Assembly (NCBI GenBank): GCA_963735035.1
Contig: CAVTJJ010000003.1
Span: forward strand, 256,001 to 320,000
Reading direction: 5' to 3'
DNA from: an uncultured candidate division Zixibacteria bacterium
Lineage (GTDB): Bacteria; Zixibacteria; MSB-5A5; GN15; FEB-12
DNA: 64,000 nt
Position numbers and translations under genes: made by a program. How positions within the stretch are numbered: the stretch's first letter is position 1; each line of letters begins with the position of its first letter. Of this stretch, positions 41,292 to 51,572 are shown piece by piece. The notes under the pieces were generated by a model, which saw only the letters and a program-made list of their open reading frames with translations, was not told where the DNA came from and did not search any database.

Positions 41292-41911
41292 CGCTTGCCT
41301 CCTTTCCGGGCGGCTTTCGCGGCCGGTTTCTTCTTGCCGGTCGGAGCTTTGGTTGGCGAAGCTTTCTCTGTTGCGCCGGAAATCACGCTGACCTGATCCT
41401 TCCCTTCCTTTTCTTTCACTTCGAGCACTACCTGATCGGAGCGCGACGTCGGGATGTTGATTCCGACAAAATCGGCTTTGATCGGCAGTTCACGGTGACC
41501 CCGATCAACCAGCACTGCCAGTTGGATCGTGCGCGGGCGGCCGAAATCGACGATGTGATCCAGGGCCGCGCGAATTGTCCGCCCAGTGAACAGGACGTCG
41601 TCGACCAGAATGATATTCTTGTCCTGAACCGGGAAGAGAATGTCGGTGCGCTGGATAATGGGCTGATCCAGCTTCTGATGGACGTCATCCCGGTACAGCG
41701 AGATGTCCATCAGCCCTACCGGTACGGCGACCCCTTCGAGCTCTTCAATAAGGCCGGCGATGCGCTTGGCCAGGAAGGCTCCACGCGTCAGAATGCCGAC
41801 GATGGCGATTGAATTGACGTCATTGTTGTGCTCCATGATCTCGTGAGAGATCCGCGCCAGGGCGCGAGCGATCTTCTTGTCATCGAGAATGACCTTGCTA
41901 TTAGCCGTCAA
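41288..41911 (-). CDS. pyrR: Pyrimidine attenuation regulator / UPRTase PyrR
   Basis: DISLYRDD, LVDDVLFTGRT and DRGHRELPI motifs. Confidence 0.96.
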   Translation of the reverse strand: MTANSKVILDDKKIARALARISHEIMEHNNDVNSIAIVGILTRGAFLAKRIAGLIEELEGVAVPVGLMDISLYRDDVHQKLDQPIIQRTDILFPVQDKNIILVDDVLFTGRTIRAALDHIVDFGRPRTIQLAVLVDRGHRELPIKADFVGINIPTSRSDQVVLEVKEKEGKDQVSVISGATEKASPTKAPTGKKKPAAKAARKGGKR

Positions 41912-42010
41912 AACGGCACCTCCGTGTGTATCTGTGAAATAGGATTAATTCCGAGTTACTCGGCAGATTACGGCATGGATTGGAAGAAAAATCAGAGATC
42001 ATTAAGCTTT

Positions 42011-42046
42011 CCACCTTTGGTGACCTCTCTGGATCACCTTAAAAGG
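42011..42046 (-). promoter_or_regulatory. PyrR-binding RNA leader
   Basis: mRNA CCUUUUAAGGUGAUCCAGAGAGGUCACCAAAGG contains the UCCAGAGAGG PyrR-binding core in a stem-loop upstream of pyrR. Confidence 0.8.
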
Positions 42047-42081
42047 TCGGATCGATCCGGCCAAGGCCGGAAGTCGGCGTG

Positions 42082-42109
42082 AGTATAAGCGATCCCTCGA
42101 CGCTGTCAA
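42082..42109 (-). promoter_or_regulatory. Sigma70 promoter of the pyr operon
   Basis: Minus strand TTGACA-16 nt-TATACT. Confidence 0.6.
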
Positions 42110-42157
42110 GCGGCCGAAACAATTTTGTTTAGATATGTGAAAAGAAATTGCCGGGGC

Positions 42158-43651
42158 TCAGCCCTCTGAGAGCATGCTCGAAAGGCGGGGGTCGCCGAAA
42201 AGCTCGGCTACGGACAGCGGCAATAATTCCCCGCGACGAGTGAGATACAGTACCCGATCGCACACCTGGCGGATCACGTCGCCGTCGTGGCTGATAACCA
42301 ACTGACCCAGATTCATGGACTTGAGAGAGTGCGACAGGGCCATGAACCGGCCGACCCCTTCACCGTCGAGACCGGCGGTGGGTTCATCGAAAATGATGAT
42401 CGACGGCTCCATAGCCAGAACGGCGGCAAAGGCCAGGCGGCGCTTTTCACCAGCCGAAAGCGAGAAGGGATCACGGTCGGCGTAGCGTGCAGGGTGCAAG
42501 CCGACTAGTTCGAGAAATTCACCGATTTCATCGGGGGTGAGCTTGCGGCCGAGGTTCTCCGGGCCAAAGCCTACTTCGTGGGCGCACGTTTCGAGAAAGA
42601 ACTGCCGCTCCGGCTGCTGCAGAACCAGGGCCAACTCACCGCGAATATCTTTCAATTTGAGCGGCTGGCCGGTTTTGTTGAGATAGACGATTTCCCCTTT
42701 CGATGGAGCCGCCAGTCCGGCCATTAGCAGACCGATCGTGCTCTTCCCCGCTCCAGTAGGACCGATCAGGCCGACCGTCTCCCCCGCCTTGAGCTCAGCC
42801 GATAGCCTCTCGAAGACCACAGGCGACATCGGCCAGTTGAAAGTGACATCGTTCATCTTTGCCGCGTCCAATGAGGAGGACTTGTCACCCGCACTCTTGG
42901 CTCGCTTGGGTATTCGAACCTGCATTGCCGATGTATCCGGCACGGTCAAACCGGCCAGGGTACAGAGGCGACTGTCACTAAGCAGCGCAGTCGGGGCGCC
43001 ATCGGCGACAACCGTACCGGAATCGAGAACCACAAGACGAGAATACTGCCGTGCCACCTGGGCGCTCTGGGTAATGCGAATCTCGATCAGGCGACGGTCT
43101 TCTTTATGGAGTCGTTCGAGCTCTGCTGACAGAATCAATCGCCCGGCCTGATCGAGAAACGAGTCGGGTTCATCAAGAAGCAGCACCGCCGGTTGCTGTA
43201 CCATCACCGACGCCAGCGCCACGCGTTGCTTTTCTCCACCGGACAGGTCGGATGTGAGGCGTTGACACAGGTGCTCGATGCCAAACTGTTTAGCGGCCTT
43301 GGATACCTCGGCTTCCATCTCGGCCTGGGGCATCGCCCGATTTTCAAGCGCGAAGGCGATCTCTTTCTCCACCAGCGTGGCCACTATCTGGTTGTCTGGA
43401 TTTTGAAAGAGAATGCCCACGCGGGTATCGGGGGTGCCGTCATGAGTATGGCCGTCGACAGTGATTTTTCCCCGGCCGGGTTTGATCAACCCGGCAATCA
43501 GTTTGACGAGGGTCGACTTGCCCGACCCGTTGCGCCCCATAACACACAGTGATTCACCGTCGCGCAGGCGCAGGGTGACGTCGTGTAAGGCCGCCTCCGT
43601 ACGGCGCGGGTACCAGTAGCTGATGTGGTCGAGGTCTATCATAGGATCCAT
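42158..43651 (-). CDS. Fused double-ATPase of an ECF-type transporter
   Basis: Two Walker A motifs (GRNGSGKS, GPTGAGKS), FQNPDNQ, LSGGEKQR and LSAGEKRR. Confidence 0.9.
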   Translation of the reverse strand: MDPMIDLDHISYWYPRRTEAALHDVTLRLRDGESLCVMGRNGSGKSTLVKLIAGLIKPGRGKITVDGHTHDGTPDTRVGILFQNPDNQIVATLVEKEIAFALENRAMPQAEMEAEVSKAAKQFGIEHLCQRLTSDLSGGEKQRVALASVMVQQPAVLLLDEPDSFLDQAGRLILSAELERLHKEDRRLIEIRITQSAQVARQYSRLVVLDSGTVVADGAPTALLSDSRLCTLAGLTVPDTSAMQVRIPKRAKSAGDKSSSLDAAKMNDVTFNWPMSPVVFERLSAELKAGETVGLIGPTGAGKSTIGLLMAGLAAPSKGEIVYLNKTGQPLKLKDIRGELALVLQQPERQFFLETCAHEVGFGPENLGRKLTPDEIGEFLELVGLHPARYADRDPFSLSAGEKRRLAFAAVLAMEPSIIIFDEPTAGLDGEGVGRFMALSHSLKSMNLGQLVISHDGDVIRQVCDRVLYLTRRGELLPLSVAELFGDPRLSSMLSEG

Positions 43652-43660
43652 TAACAGGTT

Positions 43661-43770
43661 GTGTCAGTTCCTGCGATCCGCCTTTGGCGGATCGCAGGAA
43701 CTGACACACTCGGCGTCAGGTCACACCACAAAATCGCTGAAAGCGATTTCGTGGCAGGACCTGACGCAAC
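43661..43770. repeat. Two adjacent long palindromes (REP-like)
   Basis: GTGTCAGTTCCTGCGATCCGCC-ttt-GGCGGATCGCAGGAACTGACAC (22-bp perfect stem) and GCGTCAGGTC...GACCTGACGC, which recurs at 51508. Confidence 0.8.
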
Positions 43771-43792
43771 CATTAGTCAATCACTCATAAAG

Positions 43793-43824
43793 AGAGCCGG
43801 CGTCTAAGTAAGAGACGCCGGCTC
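43793..43824 (-). terminator. Hairpin/terminator after gcvPB
   Basis: GAGCCGGCGTCT / AGACGCCGGCTC stem. Confidence 0.6.
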
Positions 43825-43844
43825 AATTTGGCAAGTCGGATAAC

Positions 43845-45308
43845 TTACGCTATGTAATTCACGTCCAGATTGCGGACCGCCAGAGTCTCGTCCAGCCGCC
43901 TGACCGGCGTGTTGTGAGGGGCCGACGTCACAATATTAGGATCGGTTTCCGCCTCACGGGCGATTCGGATCATAATCTCGGCGAAAGCTTCGAGCGTCTC
44001 GATAGTCTCCGTCTCGGTCGGCTCGATCATCAAAGCCTCGTGGACGATCAACGGGAAATAGTTGGTCGGGGCGTGGACGCCGAAATCGAGTAGCCGTTTG
44101 GAAATGTCGGAAGTCTTGACGCCGAGCTTCTTCTGCCGATCACCCGACAGCACAAACTCGTGCATGCAGTGGCGATCGTACGGCAGGTCGAAATCCTTCT
44201 TGAGCAGCTCTTTCAGGTAGTTGGCATTGAGCACGGCGTTTTCAGATGCTTCGCGCAATCCTTTGCCACCCAGGTTACGGATGTAAGCGTAGGCCCGGAC
44301 CATATTGGCGAAATTGCCGTAGAACGTGTGCAGGCGACCGATTGACTTCGGACGGTCGTAATTGAAAAACAGCTTACCGCCGTCACCCTTCTCCAACACT
44401 GGGAAGGGAAGGAACTTTTCGAGTTCCTTAGTAACACCAACTGCGCCCGCGCCCGGCCCGCCGCCGCCGTGCGGGGTCGAGAAGGTCTTGTGCAGGTTGA
44501 AGTGCATGATGTCGAAACCGACATCGCCGGGACGGAAAATACCCATGTTGGCGTTCAGGTTGGCGCCGTCCATATAGAGCAGGCCGCCGGCCTTGTGCAC
44601 TACCCGGGCGATTTCCTCGATATTGCTTTCGAACAGCCCCAGCGTATTCGGATTGGTCATCATCATGCCGGCGACTTCGTCGTCGAGCGCCGCCGCGACC
44701 GCTTCGGGAGAAATAATACCCCGCTCGTTCGATTTGATCTCGACCGTCGTGAAACCGATCGAAGTCACCGACGCCGGGTTGGTACCGTGGGCCGAATCCG
44801 GGATAATGATCTTATGCCGCTTGTTGCCTTTGTCCAGATGGTAGGCGCGCATAATCAACAGACCGGTGAACTCACCGTGAGCGCCGGCTACCGGCTGGAG
44901 CGAAATTGCCGGGAAACCGGAAACTTCGCGCAGGAAACCGATCAATTCCCACATCAACTGCAGACTACCCGTCGACCGACTACACGGAGTGAGTGGGTGA
45001 TGCTCCTGAAAACCACGAAGCGACGCGGCCACGTCGTTCATCTTGGGGTTGTACTTCATCGTACACGATCCCAGCGGGTAAAAGCCCTTGTCGATGTGGT
45101 GGTTCTTGGTCGACAGATTGACAAAGTGACGGACCACTTCCGGCTCAGCCACTTCGGGCAGAGCGGCGTCTTGGGAACGCCTAAACCGCTCCGGTATGGT
45201 CTTCAAGATGTCAGCTTCGTTGTGTTTGGTCGCGGGAAGGGTGTACCCCTTGCGGCCCGACTGGGATTTCTCGTATATCAGAATCTTTTCTTCCACGGCT
45301 CTATCCAA
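43845..45308 (-). CDS. gcvPB: Glycine decarboxylase subunit 2
   Basis: PLGSCTMKYNP, AHGTNPAS and HFNLHKTFSTPHGGGGPG motifs. Confidence 0.97.
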   Translation of the reverse strand: MDRAVEEKILIYEKSQSGRKGYTLPATKHNEADILKTIPERFRRSQDAALPEVAEPEVVRHFVNLSTKNHHIDKGFYPLGSCTMKYNPKMNDVAASLRGFQEHHPLTPCSRSTGSLQLMWELIGFLREVSGFPAISLQPVAGAHGEFTGLLIMRAYHLDKGNKRHKIIIPDSAHGTNPASVTSIGFTTVEIKSNERGIISPEAVAAALDDEVAGMMMTNPNTLGLFESNIEEIARVVHKAGGLLYMDGANLNANMGIFRPGDVGFDIMHFNLHKTFSTPHGGGGPGAGAVGVTKELEKFLPFPVLEKGDGGKLFFNYDRPKSIGRLHTFYGNFANMVRAYAYIRNLGGKGLREASENAVLNANYLKELLKKDFDLPYDRHCMHEFVLSGDRQKKLGVKTSDISKRLLDFGVHAPTNYFPLIVHEALMIEPTETETIETLEAFAEIMIRIAREAETDPNIVTSAPHNTPVRRLDETLAVRNLDVNYIA

Positions 45309-45326
45309 AATAGTTTCGACTCAGCC

Positions 45327-46205
45327 TTACTTCTTGTCGCCGGCGGGAGTCGGGTTCTTCAATTTCTTTATCTGTCCTTCAGCGTAATCCTTGTCCTCGG
45401 AGTCAGGGTAACGCTGAATGTATGATTCGAATATCGATATGGCCTGGGCGGTGTCGCCCTTCTTGACGTTCACAATCGCCTGCATCAGCAAGGCATCGCG
45501 ACCGTGAAACGTCGTAAACTCTTGCTCGATCTTCTTGTAAGCGTCGATAGCTTCGTCATATTTCTTGTCGCGACGGAGAAAATCGGCAAAGGCTATCCGT
45601 GCTTCGCCCGAGAGCGAATCGTGCAGATCGCCGGTCTCGATCACTTTGGTGTACCAGTTCTGAGCATCTGTCGCCTGACCGCGATACTTGTACTTGTCCG
45701 CAATCTGAAGATCGAGAGACCGGTCGGTAGCGGCGCTCGCCTTAGCAAGCATGTCGTTCAGAGTGCCGATACCCTTGGAAAAATCTTCGAATGTCTTGAG
45801 ATATTCCTGCGTCGGCTCATACCCTACCAGGCGGTCAACTTCCACACCGCTCTTGTTTACCAGCATTGACGTCGGAAATGCCTTGGCATAGTAACGCGCA
45901 GCGACTGCCGAATCCTTTTCGGGATTTACTCTGGCCAGAATCATCTGATTGGAGAAGAACTTGATTGTAGTATCATTTATGAACACGACCGTGTCCAGCG
46001 TCTTGCACCACGTTCACCAATCGGTGTAGAATTCGATCACCACGAATTGGCTGTCTTTAGCCGCTTTCAAGGCATCGTCGATCTGAGAGTAGTACGGCAC
46101 GTAGCCGGGCTTGGTGACCAGTGAAGTCGACGGCGTTTCGCCGGCGAGGCAAACCGTCGCAACCACTGACGTCAGCAGCAGAGTCGCAAAAATCAGAAGA
46201 CGCAT
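45327..46205 (-). CDS. Probable selenoprotein (292 aa, U64): exported thioredoxin-like domain with UxxC plus C-terminal TPRs
   Basis: ORFs 46014..46271 and 45327..45986 are in frame. The junction reads VVIEFYTDW-TGA-TWCKTLDTVVF. AFPT cis-Pro motif, signal peptide from ATG 46205, TPR-like helices. Confidence 0.9.
45980..45997 (-). promoter_or_regulatory. SECIS-like hairpin 16 nt after the in-frame UGA at 46014-46016
   Basis: mRNA UGGACAC-GGUC-GUGUUCA, a 7-bp stem with a GGUC loop. Confidence 0.65.
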
Positions 46206-46236
46206 CTCGGTTCCTTCCTGTAACCTTCGTAATTTC

Positions 46237-46623
46237 CTACTGTTTGGGGGCGTCGATCGCCTCGAAATCATCGCCGAGCACGGCCGACAGGAGTAGTTCG
46301 ACTTCCTGCCGGAACTCGCGCGGCACCATCAAATAATGTTTGTCGCCCCGGGAGGGTTTGGCGCCGGAAATCCAACCGACCCCGTTGGGCAGCGGTTGAA
46401 AAGCCGAGGACATAACGATCGAGGGGATATTGTTCGATTCCAGGAGCCCGCGCACGAGTTGCGAAGTAAGGTCTTTCTCTATCTGGCAGACTCTAATCCA
46501 GCTATCGTCCGGCGAAACCGCCGCTGCACCGGCGGGCATCTGGTCTACCAGACCGACCTTGCACTCGGGGCATATCACCATCGAAGTATCATATTCAAAT
46601 GAGCATTCAGGACAATAAGGCAT
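46237..46623 (-). CDS. Zinc-ribbon plus DUF2007-like protein
   Basis: MPYCPEC...CPEC and GLLESNNIP motifs. Confidence 0.75.
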   Translation of the reverse strand: MPYCPECSFEYDTSMVICPECKVGLVDQMPAGAAAVSPDDSWIRVCQIEKDLTSQLVRGLLESNNIPSIVMSSAFQPLPNGVGWISGAKPSRGDKHYLMVPREFRQEVELLLSAVLGDDFEAIDAPKQ

Positions 46624-46989
46624 CTAAGACTCTTTCACGTTGCGTTGCCATTTGTCGCCCAGCACCATATCAAGAACGCCGGTGGCCTCTTCCACGCACT
46701 CTTCGGGCGTAGAGACTTCAAACAACTGCGATCCGGCTTTGTAAAACCCAGTCAGCGTCAGACCGGCCTGTCCGAAAAACCCGGACTTGGAGATCACGAC
46801 CGCCGGGATTTCGTACGATTTCAGAACTTCCCGGGCGTAGTCGGCCGAGATGTTGTCGGCTATGAAACCGAGCAGCACCCAGGGACTTTCCGATTGCTCC
46901 GCCTCGGACTTGCCGAGTTCGCGCGAGCAGACCGGACACTCGGTCACGCCGTCCTCCCATTCGGTTTTACACACCGGACAAAACGCCAC
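46624..46989 (-). CDS. Zinc-ribbon plus DUF2007-like protein (paralog)
   Basis: FCPVC...CPVC and VLKSYEIP motifs. Confidence 0.75.
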   Translation of the reverse strand: MAFCPVCKTEWEDGVTECPVCSRELGKSEAEQSESPWVLLGFIADNISADYAREVLKSYEIPAVVISKSGFFGQAGLTLTGFYKAGSQLFEVSTPEECVEEATGVLDMVLGDKWQRNVKES

Positions 46990-48322
46990 GGGCTGACAAC
47001 TCCTTCAATCCGCCGACCAGGGCGGCGATATCGGCGTCGGTACGTTTCTCGGTGAGCGCCACGATCAGGCAGTTCTTCATCGAGGGATACCATCGACCGG
47101 CATCTACTCCCGGCAGGACGCCTCTTTCCATCATGTGTATGACCACATCGCTCGCCGGCACCGGGGTTTTCACCGCGAACTCGCGAACAAACGGGCCACG
47201 GAAATACATTTCGAATCCGCTGAGCGCGGCAATCTGCGTCGCAGCGTTCTGGGCTTTCTCAGCCGAAATCAGCGCCACCTGCTTGAGGCCGGTTTTGCCC
47301 ATCAGGCTGAAATAGATCGACGCCATCGTGGCGCACAGCGCTTCATTGGAGCATATATTAGACGTCGCCTTCTGACGGCGGATGTGCTGCTCCCGGGTCT
47401 GGAGGGTGAGCACGAATCCGTTCTTGCCATCGACATCTTTGGTGCGTGCCGCGATTCGACCCGGCATGCTTCGAACCAAATCTTTCTTTACCGAGAAGAA
47501 ACCAAGCAGCGGACCGCCGAACGAGAGCGGAATGCCCAAAGGCTGGCCTTCGCCCAAGGCTATATCGGCACCGATTTCGCCTGGAGTCTTAAGAAGGGAC
47601 TGGACGATCGGATCGACCACCATCACGAGCTTGCCGCCCGCCTGATGAATGACCTCACCCATCCGTTCCACTTCTTCGAGTTGTCCGAAGAAGTTTGGCT
47701 GAGCCACGATGACACAGGCGGTCCGATTGTCAACCGCGGCCGTAAGCTTCTTGAGATCGGTGACGCCATCAGTCAATGGCACCGTCACGATTTCGACTTC
47801 GCGCGGTGTGACGTAGGTTGCGATGACTTCTCGAATAAGCGGGCTGACCGTCTCGCAGACCACGATCTTGTTTCGGTCGGTGACTGAGACACAGATAAGC
47901 GCCGCCTCGCCGGCCGCCGTGGCGCCGTCGTACATTGACGCGTTGGCGACATCGAGACCGGTCAGACGACAGATGTGGGTCTGGTATTCGTAAATGGCCT
48001 GCAGTGTTCCTTGAGCGACTTCAGCCTGATAAGGTGTGTATGCCGTGACAAATTCCGGCCGGGAAGCCAGTGCGGTCAGCGCCGACGGCACAAAGTGATC
48101 GTAGACACCACCGCCCGCAAAACAAACCGAACCCTGACGGTTCATCAGCGAGAGGCGCTCGATCTCGGCCAGCACTTCCATTTCGGAAAGCGCAGGAATG
48201 TTGAGCGGCCGGTTCAGTCGCAGCTTATGGGGGATATCCTGCAGAATATCTTCAATCGTGCCGACCCCGATCTTCTGAAGCATCTTCTTTCGGTCGGCAT
48301 CGGTGTTGGACAAGTAAGACAT
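46967..48322 (-). CDS. gcvPA: Glycine decarboxylase subunit 1
   Basis: TAYTPYQAE, NASMYDG and TREQHIRRQKATSNICSN motifs. Confidence 0.97.
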   Translation of the reverse strand: MSYLSNTDADRKKMLQKIGVGTIEDILQDIPHKLRLNRPLNIPALSEMEVLAEIERLSLMNRQGSVCFAGGGVYDHFVPSALTALASRPEFVTAYTPYQAEVAQGTLQAIYEYQTHICRLTGLDVANASMYDGATAAGEAALICVSVTDRNKIVVCETVSPLIREVIATYVTPREVEIVTVPLTDGVTDLKKLTAAVDNRTACVIVAQPNFFGQLEEVERMGEVIHQAGGKLVMVVDPIVQSLLKTPGEIGADIALGEGQPLGIPLSFGGPLLGFFSVKKDLVRSMPGRIAARTKDVDGKNGFVLTLQTREQHIRRQKATSNICSNEALCATMASIYFSLMGKTGLKQVALISAEKAQNAATQIAALSGFEMYFRGPFVREFAVKTPVPASDVVIHMMERGVLPGVDAGRWYPSMKNCLIVALTEKRTDADIAALVGGLKELSARGVLSGV

Positions 48323-48361
48323 GTGAAACCTGTGAGCAAGTCCCTCAAAGGGACCGTATTG

Positions 48362-48742
48362 TTAGTGTGACAACAGGTGGGTGTAACCCTCGGCATCGAG
48401 CAGTTGATCTACCTCGGAATGGTCTTCCATCTCGACCTTGATGATCCATCCTTCGCCGTAACAATCCCGATTGACCATCATCGGATCGTCACCCAGCGCG
48501 GTGTTTACTTCGACTACCTTGCCGGTAACGGGCGAATAGACTTCGGAGACCGCTTTGACGGCTTCGATGGTGCCGAAAGCTTCGCCGAGTCTGACTTCGG
48601 TGCCGACTTTGGGCAGCTCGACAAACACCACATCACCCAATTCACCCTGAGCATAGTCGGTAACGCCGACGGTAGCCAAAGGACCTTCAACTCCAACCCA
48701 CTCGTGTTCCGTAGTGTACCTAAGATCTGCTGGAACGTTCAC
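48362..48742 (-). CDS. gcvH: Glycine cleavage system H protein
   Basis: HEWV, GVTDYAQ and IEAVKAVSE (lipoyl-Lys) motifs. Confidence 0.96.
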   Translation of the reverse strand: MNVPADLRYTTEHEWVGVEGPLATVGVTDYAQGELGDVVFVELPKVGTEVRLGEAFGTIEAVKAVSEVYSPVTGKVVEVNTALGDDPMMVNRDCYGEGWIIKVEMEDHSEVDQLLDAEGYTHLLSH

Positions 48743-48756
48743 TCAAAACCTCCGGA

Positions 48757-50220
48757 TTAGTGCGAATCTGCATCAGCGACTGTCACTGTGGCCGGTTCGG
48801 TGGTGGTCGGAGTCTCCGACGTATCACCTTCACCCGGTCGCTTAAGCGTTATTGAATTTTTTTTTTGATCGTCCCGCCCCTGGCGGAATTTAGTCTCTAT
48901 GAACGAAGTATCGTAGTTGCCTGCAATGAAATCGGGATGCGCGAATATCTCCTGGTGGAACTGGATCGTGGTCGGCACACCCTGAATGACCAATTGATCG
49001 AGCGAAACACGCATCTTGGCTATAGCCTGCTCGCGGGTGCGGGCCCGAACGATCAGCTTGGCGATCATCGAATCATAATACGGCGGAATCACATAGTCGG
49101 CATAGACGGCCTTGTCAATACGAACTCCCGGGCCGCCCGGAAGGTGGATAGCCTCGATCTTGCCCGGCGTCGGACGAAAATCTTTCTCGACATCCTCGGC
49201 GTTGATCCGGCACTCCATCGCGACCCACTTGGGCTTGATGTCTTCCTGGCGATAAGTCAGTTTCTCGCCCAGGGCGACTTTAATCTGATCCTGAACCAGG
49301 TCCACTTCGAACGCTTCCTCGGTAATCGGATGTTCCACCTGGATACGGGTATTCATTTCCATAAAATAGAAATTGCGCTGCTCATCGACCAGGAACTCGA
49401 TCGTCCCGGCGCCCCGATACTCGACATTACGAGCGCCCATCACCGCCGCGGCTCCCATCCGGGCCCGCAGATCGTCGGTCATAATAGGCGACGGCGTCTC
49501 TTCAATCAGTTTCTGATGACGGCGCTGGATAGAACAATCGCGCTCGCCAAAATGGAAGTAGTTCCCGTGGGTGTCGCCAAGAAGCTGAAACTCGACATGG
49601 TGCGGGTTGACTATAACTTTTTCGAGATAGAGATCAGGGTTTGAGAAGGCGTTGGCGGCTTCGGTCGAAGCAATATGAAAGCCGCGCTCCAACTCGGCCG
49701 CGTCGCGACAAATTCTCATCCCCTTGCCGCCGCCACCAGCGACCGCCTTGAGGATGACCGGGTATCCGACCTGTTCGGCTATCTCGCGTGCATCCAAATA
49801 AGACGCGACGATACCTTCCGAACCGGGAATCACCGGCACCCCGGCAGCCTTCATGAGCGCCTTGGCCGAGGCCTTGTCGCCCATCTGACGAATTTGTTTG
49901 GGAGTCGGACCGATGAAGTTGATGCCACACGATTCGCAGACTTCTGCGAAATCGGCGTTCTCAGCCAGGAAACCATAACCGGGATGAATCGCACCCGCAT
50001 TGGTGACTTCGGCCGCAGCGATGATCCGCTTGAAATCCAGGTATGACTGAGCAGCCGGCGGCGGACCGATACAGACGTCTTCATCGGCAAACCGCACATG
50101 CAGAGCATTACGGTCGGCTTCGGAATAGACCGCAACCGTCTTGAGGCCCAGCTCCTGGCAGGCACGAATTACGCGAAGGGCGATTTCGCCCCGATTAGCA
50201 ATCAGAACCTTATCAAACAA
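48757..50220 (-). CDS. accC: Biotin carboxylase
   Basis: [27 protein letters not shown] and [10 protein letters not shown] motifs. Confidence 0.96.
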   Translation of the reverse strand: MFDKVLIANRGEIALRVIRACQELGLKTVAVYSEADRNALHVRFADEDVCIGPPPAAQSYLDFKRIIAAAEVTNAGAIHPGYGFLAENADFAEVCESCGINFIGPTPKQIRQMGDKASAKALMKAAGVPVIPGSEGIVASYLDAREIAEQVGYPVILKAVAGGGGKGMRICRDAAELERGFHIASTEAANAFSNPDLYLEKVIVNPHHVEFQLLGDTHGNYFHFGERDCSIQRRHQKLIEETPSPIMTDDLRARMGAAAVMGARNVEYRGAGTIEFLVDEQRNFYFMEMNTRIQVEHPITEEAFEVDLVQDQIKVALGEKLTYRQEDIKPKWVAMECRINAEDVEKDFRPTPGKIEAIHLPGGPGVRIDKAVYADYVIPPYYDSMIAKLIVRARTREQAIAKMRVSLDQLVIQGVPTTIQFHQEIFAHPDFIAGNYDTSFIETKFRQGRDDQKKNSITLKRPGEGDTSETPTTTEPATVTVADADSH

Positions 50221-50407
50221 AACGACTCCTTAGCCGGAAACGACCGTCTAAAGCCGATGTCACCGGCAAAACAGACTGTAAGAATACGGCAAACCTTCGG
50301 GGTTGACAAGGGGCAAGTTAGCCACCGACAACGCTGAACGCAACCTGCACGGGCACAATGTCATGCAGGTGAAGAATGAAACGAAAACCGGCCCTCAGGA
50401 AGAACCG

Positions 50408-50803
50408 TCAGTCAGCTTTGCCCGGCTGGTCTGATCCTTTATCCCCTTTGAACTTGTCTTTGATCTGGGCGATTTTCGACGCCACCCCCGGAATGGCTTC
50501 GACCAGGCTTTCCCAGTTACCTTTCTTGGCCGGAAGCAGGCTGATCCCGTCCTTGTCCATAATGATGAACGCGGCCGGTTCAATGGAAACCCCGCCGCCA
50601 CCACCACCGCCAAATCCGGAACCTTTCTGTTCGTACTCACCCTGACCGCCACCGGCACCAAAACCGACCGTCATCTTGATGATCGGAATGACGGTCTTGT
50701 CGCCAACCGTAATCGGAGCACCGACTATCGATTCCGTCCGGGCCATGTTCTTCAGCTCGCCGACGACGCTGTGAAGAATTTCAACCACATTATTGTCTGA
50801 CAT
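50408..50803 (-). CDS. YtfJ/GerW-family protein
   Basis: IVGAPI, VGFGAGG and GGGGGGVSIEP motifs. Confidence 0.85.
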   Translation of the reverse strand: MSDNNVVEILHSVVGELKNMARTESIVGAPITVGDKTVIPIIKMTVGFGAGGGQGEYEQKGSGFGGGGGGGVSIEPAAFIIMDKDGISLLPAKKGNWESLVEAIPGVASKIAQIKDKFKGDKGSDQPGKAD

Positions 50804-51446
50804 CGCGAACTCCTTCTTTTTCACCTATTGATAACCTGATGATTTTCCTGATGGGAAGACGCCACATGAACAGCGCCATTAGCCAAACCAAACGGTAGAC
50901 CGGCCAGGCTATCGAGACTCGGGCCGAACCGGAAAATGAGCGACCGGTCCAGTTCGGTACGATCGAGACGCGTCCGAATAGAGCGGGCGCCATAGCAGCC
51001 ACCGCGTGATAATATCCAAAAACTTGCCCTGTAACATCGGGCGTATCGAAGCCGAATTCAATTTCCGCTTCAGCTTCTTCGACTATCGTAGACTTCAAAA
51101 CGCCCACCGCCAGCCGCCAGCACGCCGAAAGGCTCTCGGGGATAATCGCTATGATCGAGCCGAGGGAACGACGCCGTTTCGACGGGGATGGTACTTCTTC
51201 GACTTCGGCCGTGGGGACTTTGGTCTGTTGGGTGGTTGTCCGGCCCTTTTCAAGGCGAAATCGTTTTAGATTCATCCCGAACAGACGAATGACACCTTCA
51301 CTATGTACAAAATCGAATTCCGGGCCGGAGCGTCCCAGGCCGACAAAGAGAATTTTGCGCTCGCGTGAAATCTCCAGACGCAGACGGACTCGTACTAGCA
51401 ACGTCGCAATGATAAGAATGAGAATCGCCGCCAGAATGTAGATCAT
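50790..51446 (-). CDS. DUF2953-like membrane-anchored protein
   Basis: EFGFDTPDVTG motif, immediately upstream of the YtfJ gene. Confidence 0.7.
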   Translation of the reverse strand: MIYILAAILILIIATLLVRVRLRLEISRERKILFVGLGRSGPEFDFVHSEGVIRLFGMNLKRFRLEKGRTTTQQTKVPTAEVEEVPSPSKRRRSLGSIIAIIPESLSACWRLAVGVLKSTIVEEAEAEIEFGFDTPDVTGQVFGYYHAVAAMAPALFGRVSIVPNWTGRSFSGSARVSIAWPVYRLVWLMALFMWRLPIRKIIRLSIGEKEGVRDVRQ

Positions 51447-51507
51447 ATCCTAGATTATATACTCTTGGTGGAGCGGTAAGTTGCCAGTATTGACAGACCC
51501 GGTCCAT

Positions 51508-51556
51508 GCGTCAGGTCACAACCCCGACCAAGTCGGGGTCAGGACCTGACGCAACC
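51508..51556. repeat. REP-like palindrome related to 43714-43770
   Basis: GCGTCAGGTCAC...CAGGACCTGACGCAACC with an internal ACCCCGAC/GTCGGGGT hairpin. Confidence 0.75.
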
Positions 51557-51572
51557 CCAGCGCCCACGACTT

